Positions 26,545-39,366 of a stretch of DNA of 64,000 nt are shown here, piece by piece. The DNA is from Ginglymostoma cirratum. Taxonomy: Eukaryota. The stretch is taken from positions 36,952,277 to 37,016,276 of the forward strand of contig JAHRHZ010000222.1 in NCBI GenBank assembly GCA_024137785.1. Reading direction: 5' to 3'. The position numbers were made by a program, and so were the translations under genes. Under the pieces are notes generated by a model. It did no database searches. It was not told the origin of the DNA and worked only from the letters and a program-made list of their open reading frames with translations. The first letter of the stretch is position 1. Each line of letters starts with the position of its first letter.

Positions 26545-26878
26545 GAAATCACAGAATTCCTACAGTGCACAAGAGGCCATTCAGCCCATTGAATCCATGC
26601 CTATCCTCTGATGATCATCCCAAACAGACTTCCCCTGTTATCCTATCCCCATGACCCAGCATTGATCATGGATAACTCCCCTATCTCTCACATCCCTGAA
26701 CACTATGGACAATTTAGCATGGCCAAACCACTTAAAACTGCACATCTTTGAGGGAACCCATGTAGACATGAGGAGAATGTGCAAACTTCGCACAAACAGT
26801 CACTCAAAGCTAGAATCAAACCCAGGTCCCTGGCTCTGTGTGGAAGCAGTGCTAACTATTAAGCCACCATATCACCCA
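26545..26878 (-). mobile_element. Older HE1-type V-SINE
   Basis: Aligns by eye along its length with 36940-37268, with an internal deletion. Confidence 0.85.
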
Positions 26879-27140
26879 ATGATGTCCAAGATCAGCAAAC
26901 CAGATTCTTTTTTGTTTCAGATTACATGCTATACATTAATACAAGGGGTGGAACCCCTTCACCCTCTTTTCCCCTTATTTTCTCCTTTCATAACTAACCC
27001 ACTCTCATCCTTCAGCTCCACAACTTCTGCAGGTCACTGTAAAAGTAAAAGCAGTGCAGGGTCCCCAACATGGTTTTCCATTCTTCAGTCCTGACAGATG
27101 CTCAATGCCTCTTCACACAACATAATTGCAATGGGAAACA

Positions 27141-28110
27141 GGGTTGAATTTCGGGGAGTTTAATGGAATGTTTCTCTTTGTGAATTTGGTTAAATTATCT
27201 ATCTCAGATCTGTATTGTTCACATAATTATGAATGCATCATGTCCTTCTGCCACTGTGCTCATGCTATCATGTGCCCACCAGCAGCAAAATGCTTGCCAG
27301 TCCTGAGACCTCCCAGTGTACACACAGCAGATACCACAGTTAAATCCTACCTGTGCCTTGTGCCAAATGCTACCTGTTTGTCTGAAGTAGGAACCTGGAT
27401 TGGTGTAGTGTTCAGAGTTTGGAGAAACGTGTGGCAATGCTGCAAGAAAATTAATGACCTACTGTGCTCTGTAAGGATTAGTGGCAGCATCATCTTTCCG
27501 CTACCTCACAATTACTCTAACTCCGCTAATGCAACTGGCTTGCATCATGTTCATTGTCTATGCAACATCTTCCCTCAAAGCCTGTCAACCACCCCATTCT
27601 CCCTAAGTACCTACCCTTCCTACCGTCTTGTGCTTCCCACATACTCATTTGAATCATCTCACTACTTTTCCGGATAGATGAAAGGCCAACACACTGACTG
27701 ACCTTAGTCCCCAGTAATTCATTGCTGTCAAACATGGCACATTTCCTGGCTATCTTTACATACGAAGGTAAGGCAAGCCAAAGTAAGAAATGTTATGAAG
27801 ATCTAAGTAGGCACAAACTGAGTGAGTGGTAAGAAAGCAACCTAAGAGCTGTGAGATGAATGCTCTACCAATGACATGAGATGGGTACCTCTCCCTATAT
27901 GCAAAGTGGCTTGGCAGCAGCCTTGCAATGCAAGGTATCAGTGAGCAAAGTGCATTATTGAAATGTTGAACTATATCAGTGAGGGTCCCAAATGTGGTCT
28001 GATAATGTTGTGAGGTTGATTGGTATTTGCCAATACCATTGTCTCTCCATTGTCTGGTAAAATGGCAAACTGTATGTACATGAGGTGAGAATAAGCCATA
28101 ATGAGATGTT
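27141..28110 (+). mobile_element. Harbinger-derived fragment with Myb/SANT-like remnant
   Basis: Starts gggttgaatttc (TIR-like); translates SEVGTWIGVVFRVWRNVWQCCKKINDLLCSVR (Myb/SANT helix R...QC.KK.NDL). Confidence 0.6.
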
Positions 28111-28129
28111 AATACATGCAAATAGAATT

Positions 28130-28245
28130 ACCTAGACTCCAAATGTTAGCTTGCTTGCTTTCCATGGATACTGCCTTACCTGCAGTGATTTCCAGCATTT
28201 TTTGTTTTCAGTACAGATTCCGGTGTCTGCAGTAATTTGCACCAA
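28130..28245 (+). mobile_element. Penelope-derived tail fragment
   Basis: gactccaaatgttagc...ctgccttacctgcagtgatttccagcatttttgttttcagtacagattcc; shared with 14575-14640. Confidence 0.5.
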
Positions 28246-29027
28246 CAAACAGGCCTCTTGCTGCTTACCAGTGAGATTCTTGTCTTGCCAATAAAACCTT
28301 AAGTAGAAAATCAGGCTTGATTTTCCCTCAACACTAAGAATCTCATTTTTCCAATATTGCTGCATTTTACCAACTGAATCCCATTACCCACATTATTCAG
28401 AGGTGGTAACATTGTGCCCCTAATGGCAGTTGTGTTGGGAATGACAGTCCAACAAATTGTGTCTAACTTGATTTACTTTGCTACACCATCTCATTGCAGT
28501 CAATTGGCTGGGCTCTGTGCTGAACTTTCAGATCATTATGGAATTGGATGTAATGGAGCTCAAACTTTTTTTACTCATTACAAATACTTGATTTTATCCA
28601 TTGAAAAATTGGTATTATGTGGTCTAATCAGAGGAATAAGGTGTGGGGTTTAGGATAAATATGGAATTTCTGTGTGGTGGGGAAGGAAGCATTAGATATA
28701 TAAATGTATTTATGTAAGTGTATTTACAATGATTTAACTTCCTTATACAGTTTTTTAAAAATACACTACTTGACAATTGCTTCATATTTTATCGAACAAT
28801 TACTTGACATTTAAAAAATATTCCATGATACATGTTCCTTTCCCATGTTAGATGATAATCTATGTTGTAAGATGAGGTCTACAATCAGACAAGTGAACAG
28901 TAACTGGTTTTATCAAGCAGAACACTAGAAAGCAAGGGAGAAAGCAAGTCTGAGGCCCTACACACTCAGCCTCCAGGTCTATCATTATAATTACATAACT
29001 CCTTACACACATGCTCAATAGTTATAA

Positions 29028-29245
29028 TCGGTTAGCTCAGTTGACTGGATTGCTGATTTATGAAGTAGAGTGACACCAAGAGTGTTGGTGGAATTCCCAT
29101 CACAGCTGAGATTACCATGAAGGACTTTCCTTCTTAACCTCTCCCCTCACCTGAAGCGTAGTGACCCTCAGGTGAAAACCACCTTCCGTTGTCTCTCAAA
29201 TGAGAGAGCAGCCCAATGATCTGGTAAGACTGTGGAAACATTACC
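29028..29245 (+). mobile_element. tRNA-derived SINE
   Basis: A-box tagctcagttg and degenerate B-box ggaattcc, followed by body ctcccctcacctgaagcgtagtgaccctcagg. Confidence 0.6.
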
Positions 29246-29299
29246 CATAATTAACAGTTTACTCCACACCTCTCCAATTTGTTCACTGTACAGTCATTC

Positions 29300-31880
29300 A
29301 GATTTAACCATCAATATTGAATACTTTACTTGAGGACAATGATGAACTCTACATGGTTCTCCTTGGAGGGGTTACATTTTGGCAGATCGGGGTTCCATCA
29401 TCTGACGAGAATCTGAATACAATTGTAGTTGTACTAATTCATCACTCTGATGAGCTTGAATCTGATCTGGAGTGAATGAAAGCACCTCTGGATCCATAGT
29501 AGGAGGACAGTCGCAGATGCATGAATTACAGGCGGCTCCTTTATGTAGATCAAGATCCCAGGGATGTCAGGAAAACATCACTTTCACAATCATAAAAAAT
29601 AGAAGACTTTCCAAATGGGCCTTCTGTGGTTCCTTCATTGGGAGTGGGATTATGAAATTCCTTTGCAGTGCCTTGATCTGCACAATTTACAGCAAATGGG
29701 AATGTAGCAAGATGAGTCAATCAGTCACTCACTGACTATCTTAATCTCACCCAAGATTTTGGACTGGTCAGATGCTTAGGGCTGAAATTCTACATCTTGT
29801 CCACATTTTTCTTTCCAATTCTTCCTTCAACATCTAACCAGTCATTTTGAATTCACTTTCATTCATGAAAACTTACTTTTCCAAAGTAGTCTTCTGCAAT
29901 CTTAAAAGATTTCTTTTCTCACTCTCAAGAGTTTCTTTTTTCAGAAGTAAAATCATCACTTGTTGATTAAACAGAATGCTTTCCTCAGCTATTAATTCAC
30001 AGATCTTCAAGGTCTGAATACTTCAGGAAGAGACAGACATCTTCCACCATTAAAGCATCTTTCTTTTATCAATTTCTGAAAAACAGCGATTGTCTCTGTG
30101 CATCACTTACGGAAGTGATCCGTGATCTTTTCCTTTCCAATTGCAAAATTCCTGATTGTTGCTCTTGCCACTTTCCTGTGGATCTACATCAACTCTTCCT
30201 GTTCATTGACATCCTGTTAACCTGACCGTTCATTTGAACAACAGCCAGTTGGTCACTGCTACTGGAGTGTGAGATTGGAGGTCTTGGTTCTCTTTTTGGT
30301 AACATCTCAAGTTGTGGCTGTAAACATTTGCTTTTGTTAAGAAATTATTCCTTTTCAGCCTTTGAGGCTTATAAGTGTTATGTGAATGCTGACAGCTGGG
30401 CTTTTAGTTTAGAAGTCTCTTTTAGCTAATGAGACTTCTTCCATTCTTGCTTAATTTTATTAGGTTCTTATCAATTTCATCCTTACCTTTGTGCATTTGT
30501 AAAGTAATCATCAGCTGTATCAGCATGTAACTTCAATATTTATGAGCCTGTACTGAAGTTTGGAGACTTTCTCTGCAATTGATTGAAGAATCTCTTCAAA
30601 TTCCACAATCTGACGCATCAGATATTGTGACGACATTGCTATCTGTAGAAAAGTCTAAAGCTTTGCTAGTGTTCGTTTGTGGGTGAAGAACTATAAGCTT
30701 CTCTCCATCCGCTAAGCATGAAAACATCTTTGCTTGTCTTCCAAAGATTCATTAGCATCTGTGGCAGATCCTTTCTCTGCCACTTTGCTGAAGGAGTAAA
30801 CAAAGGTCAAGAGTAGCCTCTTGGGGGCTGGTCACCTTCATTTCCCCTCTTTTCCAATCAGTTTCAGCTTCCCTTCTGATAGGAATTAGTGATCTGCACC
30901 ATCTTCCTGTGGTCCTTGGGAAAAGATTTCTGTAGTGGAAGTTAATTTACAGTGAAATGATTCAACTTCAGGTACTTCTGTAACGGCTGAACAAGGAATA
31001 TTCAAAGCCACACAAGTGTCTGTGGCTTATGCAAGGTACACGGTAATCAGGAATGACATACAGAATACCAGTGATGTAATGAAATGTAACAATCATCTAT
31101 CTTTGCACATTCTGGAATGGAACTCAGACCATTACGTTGAGTGTTAGATCCTTGAAAAGCGTCGTACTTCAGGCATGATGAAATGCATGGAAAAAAATGG
31201 ACACTGGAAATCTTTTTTCTTTGTTTCTTTACTGTCAACCACAACATTTGTCTTGAGGGCTGAGTCTGTTATATCGGAGTACCAGAAATTTTCAATGTGT
31301 CTGTCTCATCCTGATACCAAAAATCATCTTGTGGGTCTCTCTCATCCCCAAGGAGAACTTGTCGTTCTGCACAGCACCTTCTAATCCTTGGTCATTCACA
31401 AACATTTGTGCTGCTGACCCAGCCCTGCAATGGTTTTCCTCCTGCATTTACGAGCCTTTGTATTACTAGCCTGGCAAAATTCCCAGTGGGGTTCTATAAT
31501 AGTTGCAACAATATCCTCTTTCTTCCCATGTTTTCTGCTGGTGAAGTTTCTGCAAACTCTGGTATTTTCAGTTGCTCTTGTAGATGTACTCTCCATCATC
31601 TAGACTTATCGTTCTTCAGTGTGCTGCATCCCCTGCTTGTTGGCTTTTTGCTTCTTTTATGCCCTAAGTGTTAGGCTGTGCTGTGGACCTTATCCCCAGG
31701 CTCACCAAGCATTGGGTCTGCTGGGGTCTTTTCACCCAAAATTTTCTCATTGTTGCCTGGCTGATGTCTTCCTGCTTTCCAAGTCTGGAATTCTTCCAGG
31801 TAGCCCTTGCCGTTTGACTGCTGACTTGATGTCTTGGATCCTTGCACCGCTGCCATCAAGTAGCGAGATCATATCTACAC
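29300..31880 (-). pseudogene. Decayed large exon-like region encoding a disordered plus coiled-coil-like protein
   Basis: Purine-rich minus strand with E/K/Q/L-rich pieces in shifting frames: MRQIVEFEEILQSIAEKVSKLQYRL, ETSKLKAQLSAF, WQEQQSGILQLERKRS, ELIAEESILFNQQVMILLLKKETLESEKRNLLRLQK, MLKEELERK. Many stops; no TE motif recognised; acceptor-like AG near 31875-31881. Confidence 0.4.
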
Positions 31881-33459
31881 TTGGGTGAGTAAACAGTAAC
31901 AGACTTTGTTAAATACCATACAGTGCACTCAGAAGGGTGGGAGAGAGCCTGCCCAAGAACCAACACACTCAGGTCCCAGTTCCAACTTGTTCTGACATCC
32001 TTATGATCAGTTCCTTATTTGCATGCTCAGTAGCTATTATTTGAAGGATGACACATTTAACCCTTTGTAGTTAACTCCATAGTGTGAATTTTCAACTTGC
32101 AACCACCAAATAGAACTGATGTTGCGATTCAGCCATGAATTATCGAAGTTTCCAGCTTTTTTTTATTTCTATTGAAAATATGAAACAATATTCCGAATGG
32201 GCAATAAGTTCAGCTTAGCCCCCAGTTGTGTAATTCATCTGGAAAAGAATGCAATAATTCAACAATGCTTACCTCACTAATAACAAAACTTAAGTATCTG
32301 ACCCAAAAGAAAGTTACAATAACATTTTGCATCCTTAAAGATACAAATATTGATAAATAAAAATGTTGAAGGAAGAGGCCATTCAGGAACTCCTGATCTT
32401 TATTTATGGAACATAGTATGAAGTCATGAATAACTAAGCTCAATAATTTTCAAGGAACAATAACATTTACATATTATTTTATACAAAAATATATTCAATC
32501 ATTAGTTAGAAATGTATTTTTTACCACAGATATATTTGAATGCACAGCGAGGACAAAAAAGATCTGTTTTGGAATGGGCCCTATTTGGAGATTGCCAATT
32601 GGTGAATTGAATGGAGGACCTTAGGTTGAAATAATATTCCCTGTATTTTGCAGGGAGATTGTTTTCAGCTTAAAGTGTGGCAACATCATTTGATGAAACA
32701 ACGTTTCTCCAAACAATTCTTTGACAAAAGTGAGAAACATGAAGAATCTTTCCCTCATGCTGATCAGTCTGAGCAGGTTACAAAATCCACAATTCATAAA
32801 GATCCATAAAATATTCCCATATCAATATTCTGCATACAATCAATATACAGCGAGAAATTTAATTTTTAATGACTTCTGGCAATGTTGGATTTTTTTTATT
32901 TGCTTTGACTGCTGGAAAAGAACTTATTGGGGAGAAAAGCTTATGTCAGTTTGTTGTCCAGTATCTGCCTGCTCAGGACTGAGACAATATCAGATCTTCC
33001 CAGATTTTGAATTACCATTGCAGATTGAACAGGCAGTTTTGCATCCAAAGAATGAGGACAGGAGGAGGCAGATCTTAAGACACTGCAATGGACTTAAGCC
33101 TGAGCTTGTGAGGCAGAATACCACACCGCCTGGCAGATAAAGAATTCTAGACTTGATTGAAAAAAAATTATGGATCTGAACCCATTCTATAAATGCTATA
33201 ATTTTAGTGTCTGCGTAGTACTCTGTATTTTCACTCCAAATATACAAAAGTGTAACGCCCATAGGAGTCTACTGAGACCATTCTTTTTTGGAGGATTACA
33301 GAGGATCACTCAAGATATGGGTACGATGGGAACGAATGCAAAGGAAGGAACTGAACAAATGGTTTAATCAAAGTTTCAGGAGTGAGATTCCTGGAGGGAA
33401 TACTCTACAGATGAGTCTGATTTTGGGACTGCCACATTTCAGATTCTGTACTATGTATC

Positions 33460-34958
33460 AGGCTGAATTTTCCTAACCCCCAAATAGCGTAGGCAATACC
33501 AGGTCTTGGGGAAATATGGCTAGATTGGAAAAATTAGATTTTTGAAATAGAGGGAAAAGAATCTGATTTTACACCCAAGGTTTGAATAGTGAAATGAGAA
33601 TCTCACTAGTGAGGGTGAGAAGCCTGTTGGCATGCTTTTACATCTTATTAGTACTTAATCTCACCTTAGTTATATGCAATCTCCTATGCTCCCGTACGCT
33701 GGAGACAAACTAGATGGTAAGAATTTCTGAAATGAAAAATCAGAGCAGGTGGCTCCAGTTCACCACTTGCTCCAATTAGCCCAGAAATTCCCAGCATCTC
33801 GAGGTACACTCCATGGACAGCGACCAACAACAACCCCATCCACAAAGATTGGTATCAGACATGCAGCCGCATCATCAAACCATCATGGCACATTTCAGAA
33901 TAATTTGGGGTACAGCTCACCAATTCAGTTCTGCTCTTCAGAGCAGACAAATACCTTAATTTGCAATAGTCCTATCAGGCCACTTCACACACATGGACCG
34001 GCACACACCTCATGCAAAGGAACGGGGTGTCACTAAGGTCTCTTAGCGTGCTCTCTTAGTGCTTACTCAGTCTCCAACTTGAACGCTCTCAGCATCTCTG
34101 CCTTGCCTTTTTACAAATTGCTGCATCATTCAGAACTTAGAGGCTCAACATACTTCCATTTTACTTTACTTCTCAGTACAGACACAAAGCCCAGCATCTT
34201 GTCACATCTCGCAGCAGTGATCAATCAAGGGTATGGATATGTTACTGTACAACATTCATGAATATACTGCTACTTTACAACATCACTTGTTCAACTGATA
34301 TTGTGACTGCAATGACAAAGATACACAGGCTGCGTGCCCTTAGTGTCACATAATGTTTGTACTCAGTTTAAGGGAGTGTTACTCTTTCCTTGACATCTAG
34401 TGTAGTATAGTATCTTGTCATTGTTCAGGACTGACCATGGTCTGATGCTATTTCCATTTTGGAACGATAGCCTTGACTGATGAGAGGCCGGACCCCTTAA
34501 ATATCTCTGATCAGCTCCCAGCTAACTTACCACTAATCTTTTGTTGTTTGAACCGGACTTGCAGCTGTGACCATGGCCCACTCCCCAGACTGTAATGATA
34601 CAGGATCTCTAAACCTGACCAACCCTATTGCCTGAATGTGTCCAAGCCACTGAATTGATATCAGAATTTGCCCTTGACTTCCTGTGCCACAACTCCCTGA
34701 CGAACAACAAACTTGATTAAGGACCACAGCACTTAGACTTTGAGAATTGACCATTTGATTGAAGCACATTCACTATGTTTCCTATTGTGGTACATGTGCA
34801 AGTGTGACATTGAAGTAATGTAGTGCCTTACTCAGGTGGTCCATATATAAGGAAAGCAGCATTAACTGTATGAGATAACACACTAGAGCTCACAGGAAGA
34901 AACCTACAGTGAATCCCCTGAAATTGACTCCTGGGCAATTTTGGGCAAATTTCAGCCC
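33460..34958 (-). mobile_element. Harbinger-like non-autonomous element with both termini
   Basis: Left aggctgaattt (33460) and right aaatttcagccc (34947-34958); identical 3 bp flanks ATC (33457-59 and 34959-61); 33500-33700 resembles the reverse complement of 21720-21960. Confidence 0.55.
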
Positions 34959-36939
34959 ATCATGCATAAGCACTTGATTTTAAACTTTAAAAAAAAAAGC
35001 ATGTTACAATCTAATCAACATAATATAATGAAAACTTCGGATATATTTGAATTTTTCTGTGATTGAGTAGGGAAGAATAGCTTATATTTTATCAGCCATT
35101 AATTGAATTTCTTTCCCCACTTGGTACATTTTCCTTCCCCATATTGGTTGTGAATTTTTAATCTCATTAAATGTGTCAATTTTTGGGAACTGATCATTCA
35201 AGATTCATTGACTCATCTCCACATTAATTCAAGCAATGCTGATCCCCAAGTAGAAAATATGATGAGAAGAACTTTACAATCAAAATTGCACACAGTTTCA
35301 AGATGCAGCTGCATAGCTGCTTTTGCCAAATTCACAATAACAATTGTAGCAGATTAACTCTGGCTCCATTTAGGTAATCTGATCTTGGTTTACTAAACTA
35401 AAATACAGCAAAACAGTCTGCAGAAGTATTATTCTAAGAAAATGAAATGACTATTTCATGTTATTTATTTATGAGAGGCTAATTTCATTACTTCAACCAT
35501 AATATAATAAAAAAAAGAGAGCTACTATCTCTGAAATTTCTTTAGGTGGCTCTCCATCTTTAGCAAATTAATGTTTGGTCTCATCCAACTGTTCTGTTAT
35601 GAGTCTGTTACTGAATCAGGCAAGGGTGACAAACTCTTTTTTTTAAAAGCTGAATATCTTTTGAGTGTTCAGTAGAAACTTCTCCTATTGAAGTGCCTTT
35701 GAAAAAAGACTTCTGTAAACACGTAAAACTGCAGCACCTCATAAAGAACCAGGGATTACTAAAATTGTCTCCAACATCTTCCAAGATTATGGGATAGAAT
35801 TTCCATTTACTTACATGAGCATCATCAGTGTAATCCAAGTGGAATTGGCCAGGCCAGCAGAACAGATCAGGGAATTATCAACATAAGGATGTTCAGAATA
35901 CTAGATTTTCTTAGACATTCTTTTATGACAGTTCAAAATTCAATTTCCCCAAATCAGGTCCCAGTCACAAAACCGAACAGGTTGGGTTGCAAGATTCTGA
36001 CAAATACACTGCTTTGGGAAAGTCTGTCGAGTTGTACACATTTGTTTTGGTGGCTAGGCAATTACAGAGACATTTCAAAAGATTTCTCATATCAAAAAAT
36101 GCTCAATTCATCAAGAAATTAATGTACACCAACAAAACTGCTAAATGGTTAAGTGTTTTTAAAAAGTGGCTTTAGATCAAGTTACTCACAGAAAGAGTGC
36201 TGGAATCCCTTACGAATGTTATTTTTTGTTGATTATCCCATGTCCAGGTGTGTTAGAAAATCTGCACCAGTTTATAGCTTTAAAATACATCAAGGAATAC
36301 CATTCATAAGCATGTAAAATTTGAGTTTCCAAGATTGAATTGTTATTCAAAAGACAAGTGTTGACTTATACACGAGTAATAATTTTGAGACGGTGAAAAC
36401 CATCCTCTTCCATTGTCTCACTATTGCAGAGCTGCCAGGTCACAGACTATTCCCATCAACTCTGCCCCAAAAGTAATTCAAAAGGAACCAAAATGATTTC
36501 AGTACTGCATTTATATCTATGAAAATCTTTGAACTGGACGTGTTTCTGCTGGTCTTTCTTGGTACCATGTTGCCATGTTAGAAGGCAGGAGCGGCTAGAA
36601 CATAGAACACACCAAAGAGAAAGCAGCCTTCCCAATACATGCAGATGCTGACAGACACAAGGATTTGAAACAATGTCTGCAAGGGTGTGCTGATCTATGA
36701 TTCTATCAATCAGCAAGTTCACTTCAGGACGGGTTTGTCTTCAGCGATAAACAGATTGGCCAATAAAGAGAAAAGAATTTGGATTTGTTGGCTAAAAGCC
36801 ATGGGTTGACTTGTACATGAAATCAACCATAACTTGAGTATACATAACATTTCTTTAATGGAAAAAATAAGCAATTATATTCTGTAATACTGCACAATTG
36901 TACTGGTTCAAGGAATATTTTATGTTGCGGTTATTTTTC

Positions 36940-37268
36940 ACAGAATTCACAGAATCCCTACAGTGTGGAAACAGGCCCTTCGGCCCAATGAGTCCACATC
37001 GAACCTCAGAGCATCCCACCCAGACCCACCCCCCAACAACCCACCTAACCTACACCACCCTGAACACTACGGGCAATTTAGCATGGCCAATCCACCTAAC
37101 CGGCACATCTTTGGACTGTGGGAGGAAACCGGAGCACCTGGAGGAAACCCACGCAGACACGGGGAGAATGATCAAACTCCACACAGACAGACGCCCGAGG
37201 CTGGAATCGAACCCAGGTCCCTGGCGCTGTGAGGCAGCAGTGCTAACCACTGAGCCACCGTGCCACCC
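36940..37268 (-). mobile_element. HE1-type V-SINE, full length, relatively young
   Basis: A-box tggctcagtgg, B-box ggttcgattcc, V-core gtgtggagtttg..ttctccccgtgtctgcgtgggtttcctcc, HER/CR1-like tail gggccgaagggcctgtttccacactgtagggattctgtg; CpGs retained. Confidence 0.95.
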
Positions 37269-37541
37269 AATGTATTTTCAATAATTTGTAATTTGTAATT
37301 TCCAATGTTATGTAAATGTATTTTCACAAATTTCAATTGTAATCCAACTGACCCAACTTCAAGCTGAACATCCTGATAATATTCAAAGCAGAAAATGTAT
37401 CCTATTACTTCAAGTCTAATGAGATAGCAGGAACTGCAGATGCTGGAGAATCTGAAATAACAAGGTGCAGAGCTGGATGCACACAGCAGGCCAAGCAGCA
37501 TCAGAGGAGCAGGAAGGCTGATGTTTCAGGCCTAGACCCTG

Positions 37542-37941
37542 NNNNNNNNNNNNNNNNNNNNNNNNNNNNNNNNNNNNNNNNNNNNNNNNNNNNNNNNNNN
37601 NNNNNNNNNNNNNNNNNNNNNNNNNNNNNNNNNNNNNNNNNNNNNNNNNNNNNNNNNNNNNNNNNNNNNNNNNNNNNNNNNNNNNNNNNNNNNNNNNNNN
37701 NNNNNNNNNNNNNNNNNNNNNNNNNNNNNNNNNNNNNNNNNNNNNNNNNNNNNNNNNNNNNNNNNNNNNNNNNNNNNNNNNNNNNNNNNNNNNNNNNNNN
37801 NNNNNNNNNNNNNNNNNNNNNNNNNNNNNNNNNNNNNNNNNNNNNNNNNNNNNNNNNNNNNNNNNNNNNNNNNNNNNNNNNNNNNNNNNNNNNNNNNNNN
37901 NNNNNNNNNNNNNNNNNNNNNNNNNNNNNNNNNNNNNNNNN
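37542..37941. other. Assembly gap (400 N)
   Basis: Run of N. Confidence 1.
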
Positions 37942-39338
37942 GTTTATGTTGAATGCACTGTGTGACCGCATTTGAAGCGTGCTGCATTATGCAATATCTG
38001 ACACTTGATCACTTATTGCAATGATGCCTCGATCTTATTGTTATCAGCCTCAATCCCTGCACTGATTTTTTTTAACTTTACTGCTGTAAGCCACCAGGTG
38101 TCCTGGTTGAATTGTTGAATCCTTTTTTTGTCCTTGCTCATCTTCTGACACGTTGAATAGTGCTGCTTTGGCATGTGCACAAGTGAGAATGAGTGTTGAA
38201 GTACCTGAGTGAGTTTCCATTGAATAATTTTCATTTAAAAAACATTCATCTTGTAAAGTGGTTTGCTATGCAGCATTTTATAAAATCAAGTTCGAGGTTT
38301 GTTTCCTTTAGTGCTGAAATTGTTTGTTTAAGAGTAAAAGTGTCATGGGGTCACGACTAAGTGTCAGGTAATGCTTTGTCATGTCCTGGCTCAGCTTTCT
38401 TTTGTGGCTGAGGTTTGCATGCTGAATTTGGATAAGGTATGATCGTAGAGCCTTAGTTTAGAAAATGTGGGAAGCCAGTCTCCCAGGTATTCAGCTGTCT
38501 TATCGATAAGTTTTGTTGTTTGACATGGTTTGATCTAAGTTAGGCTGTGTAAACCATAACAGGATAATTGAAAGTAATATCTTGACTCATTTTTGCTCTG
38601 TTCATGTTTAAAAAGCATTGAGCTTCTCCGCAAGATTTGTGTGTTCTGGATTTTGTCTGCTGTATTTATTCCTTTTTTATAAGCACACAATTTCTATTAA
38701 CATTTGCAAGAATTTATTTATCAGGTATTTCTCCATTTCCATGTAACAGTTTTTATAATCTGGATTAGTTTTTTGAATATTTTGGAGCTACAGTAATTTT
38801 TTAAATGTGTATTCCTTGGATTTTTAGGGTTTGATAAGATTGCTTGCGCATATTTAGATAACACTGTTGAAGATCCTGCAGGCAAAAGTAAAAAGTGTAA
38901 AATAATTGTGTAGTTTATATTTTTCTCACTCCTCCAGGTACTATGACTGTGCAACTAAGTGCACTTGCTTCCATTTTGCCTCTTTCTCTCTAATTATTTA
39001 ATCAGAAACCTATGGGTTTCCAGAAAAGAAAATATTACATTGAGTACCGTGGACTTAACGCAGCAACTATTAGCCACTCAGGCCACACTGATGTAAACCT
39101 GTAGAACCTGATTTGCCTGGGACCTGTAAAAAGGAGCAGTTTATGACCAGTGCAGTTTTCCAGTAAACAAGTCATGAGAGTTGACTTTTGAGAAGACAGC
39201 CCAGAAATTTGAGATATTATTTCAATAGTTAAAATAATTGTTGCTGAAATACATTATCACTCTGAAAGATGACTGAGAATTTGGTGTAACATGAAACCAC
39301 AGAAATGACAATTGGAAACCAATTTCTGAAGACCCTTT

Positions 39339-39366
39339 CTGAAGAAGGGTCTAGGCCCGAAACGTC
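39339..39366 (+). ncRNA. Hammerhead-like core
   Basis: ctgaaga a gggtctaggccc gaaa cgtc. Confidence 0.55.

Noticed and set aside
29779-29790. gggctgaaattc resembling a Harbinger TIR
   Set aside because: No subterminal family sequence follows; likely chance.
37195-37268. tRNA gene
   Set aside because: It is the tRNA-derived head of the SINE and continues into the V-core.
36898-37284. 128 aa ORF (CGRKPEHLEETHADTGR)
   Set aside because: Antisense translation of the HE1 SINE.
37501-37987. ORFs of 151-156 aa
   Set aside because: Almost entirely the N gap.
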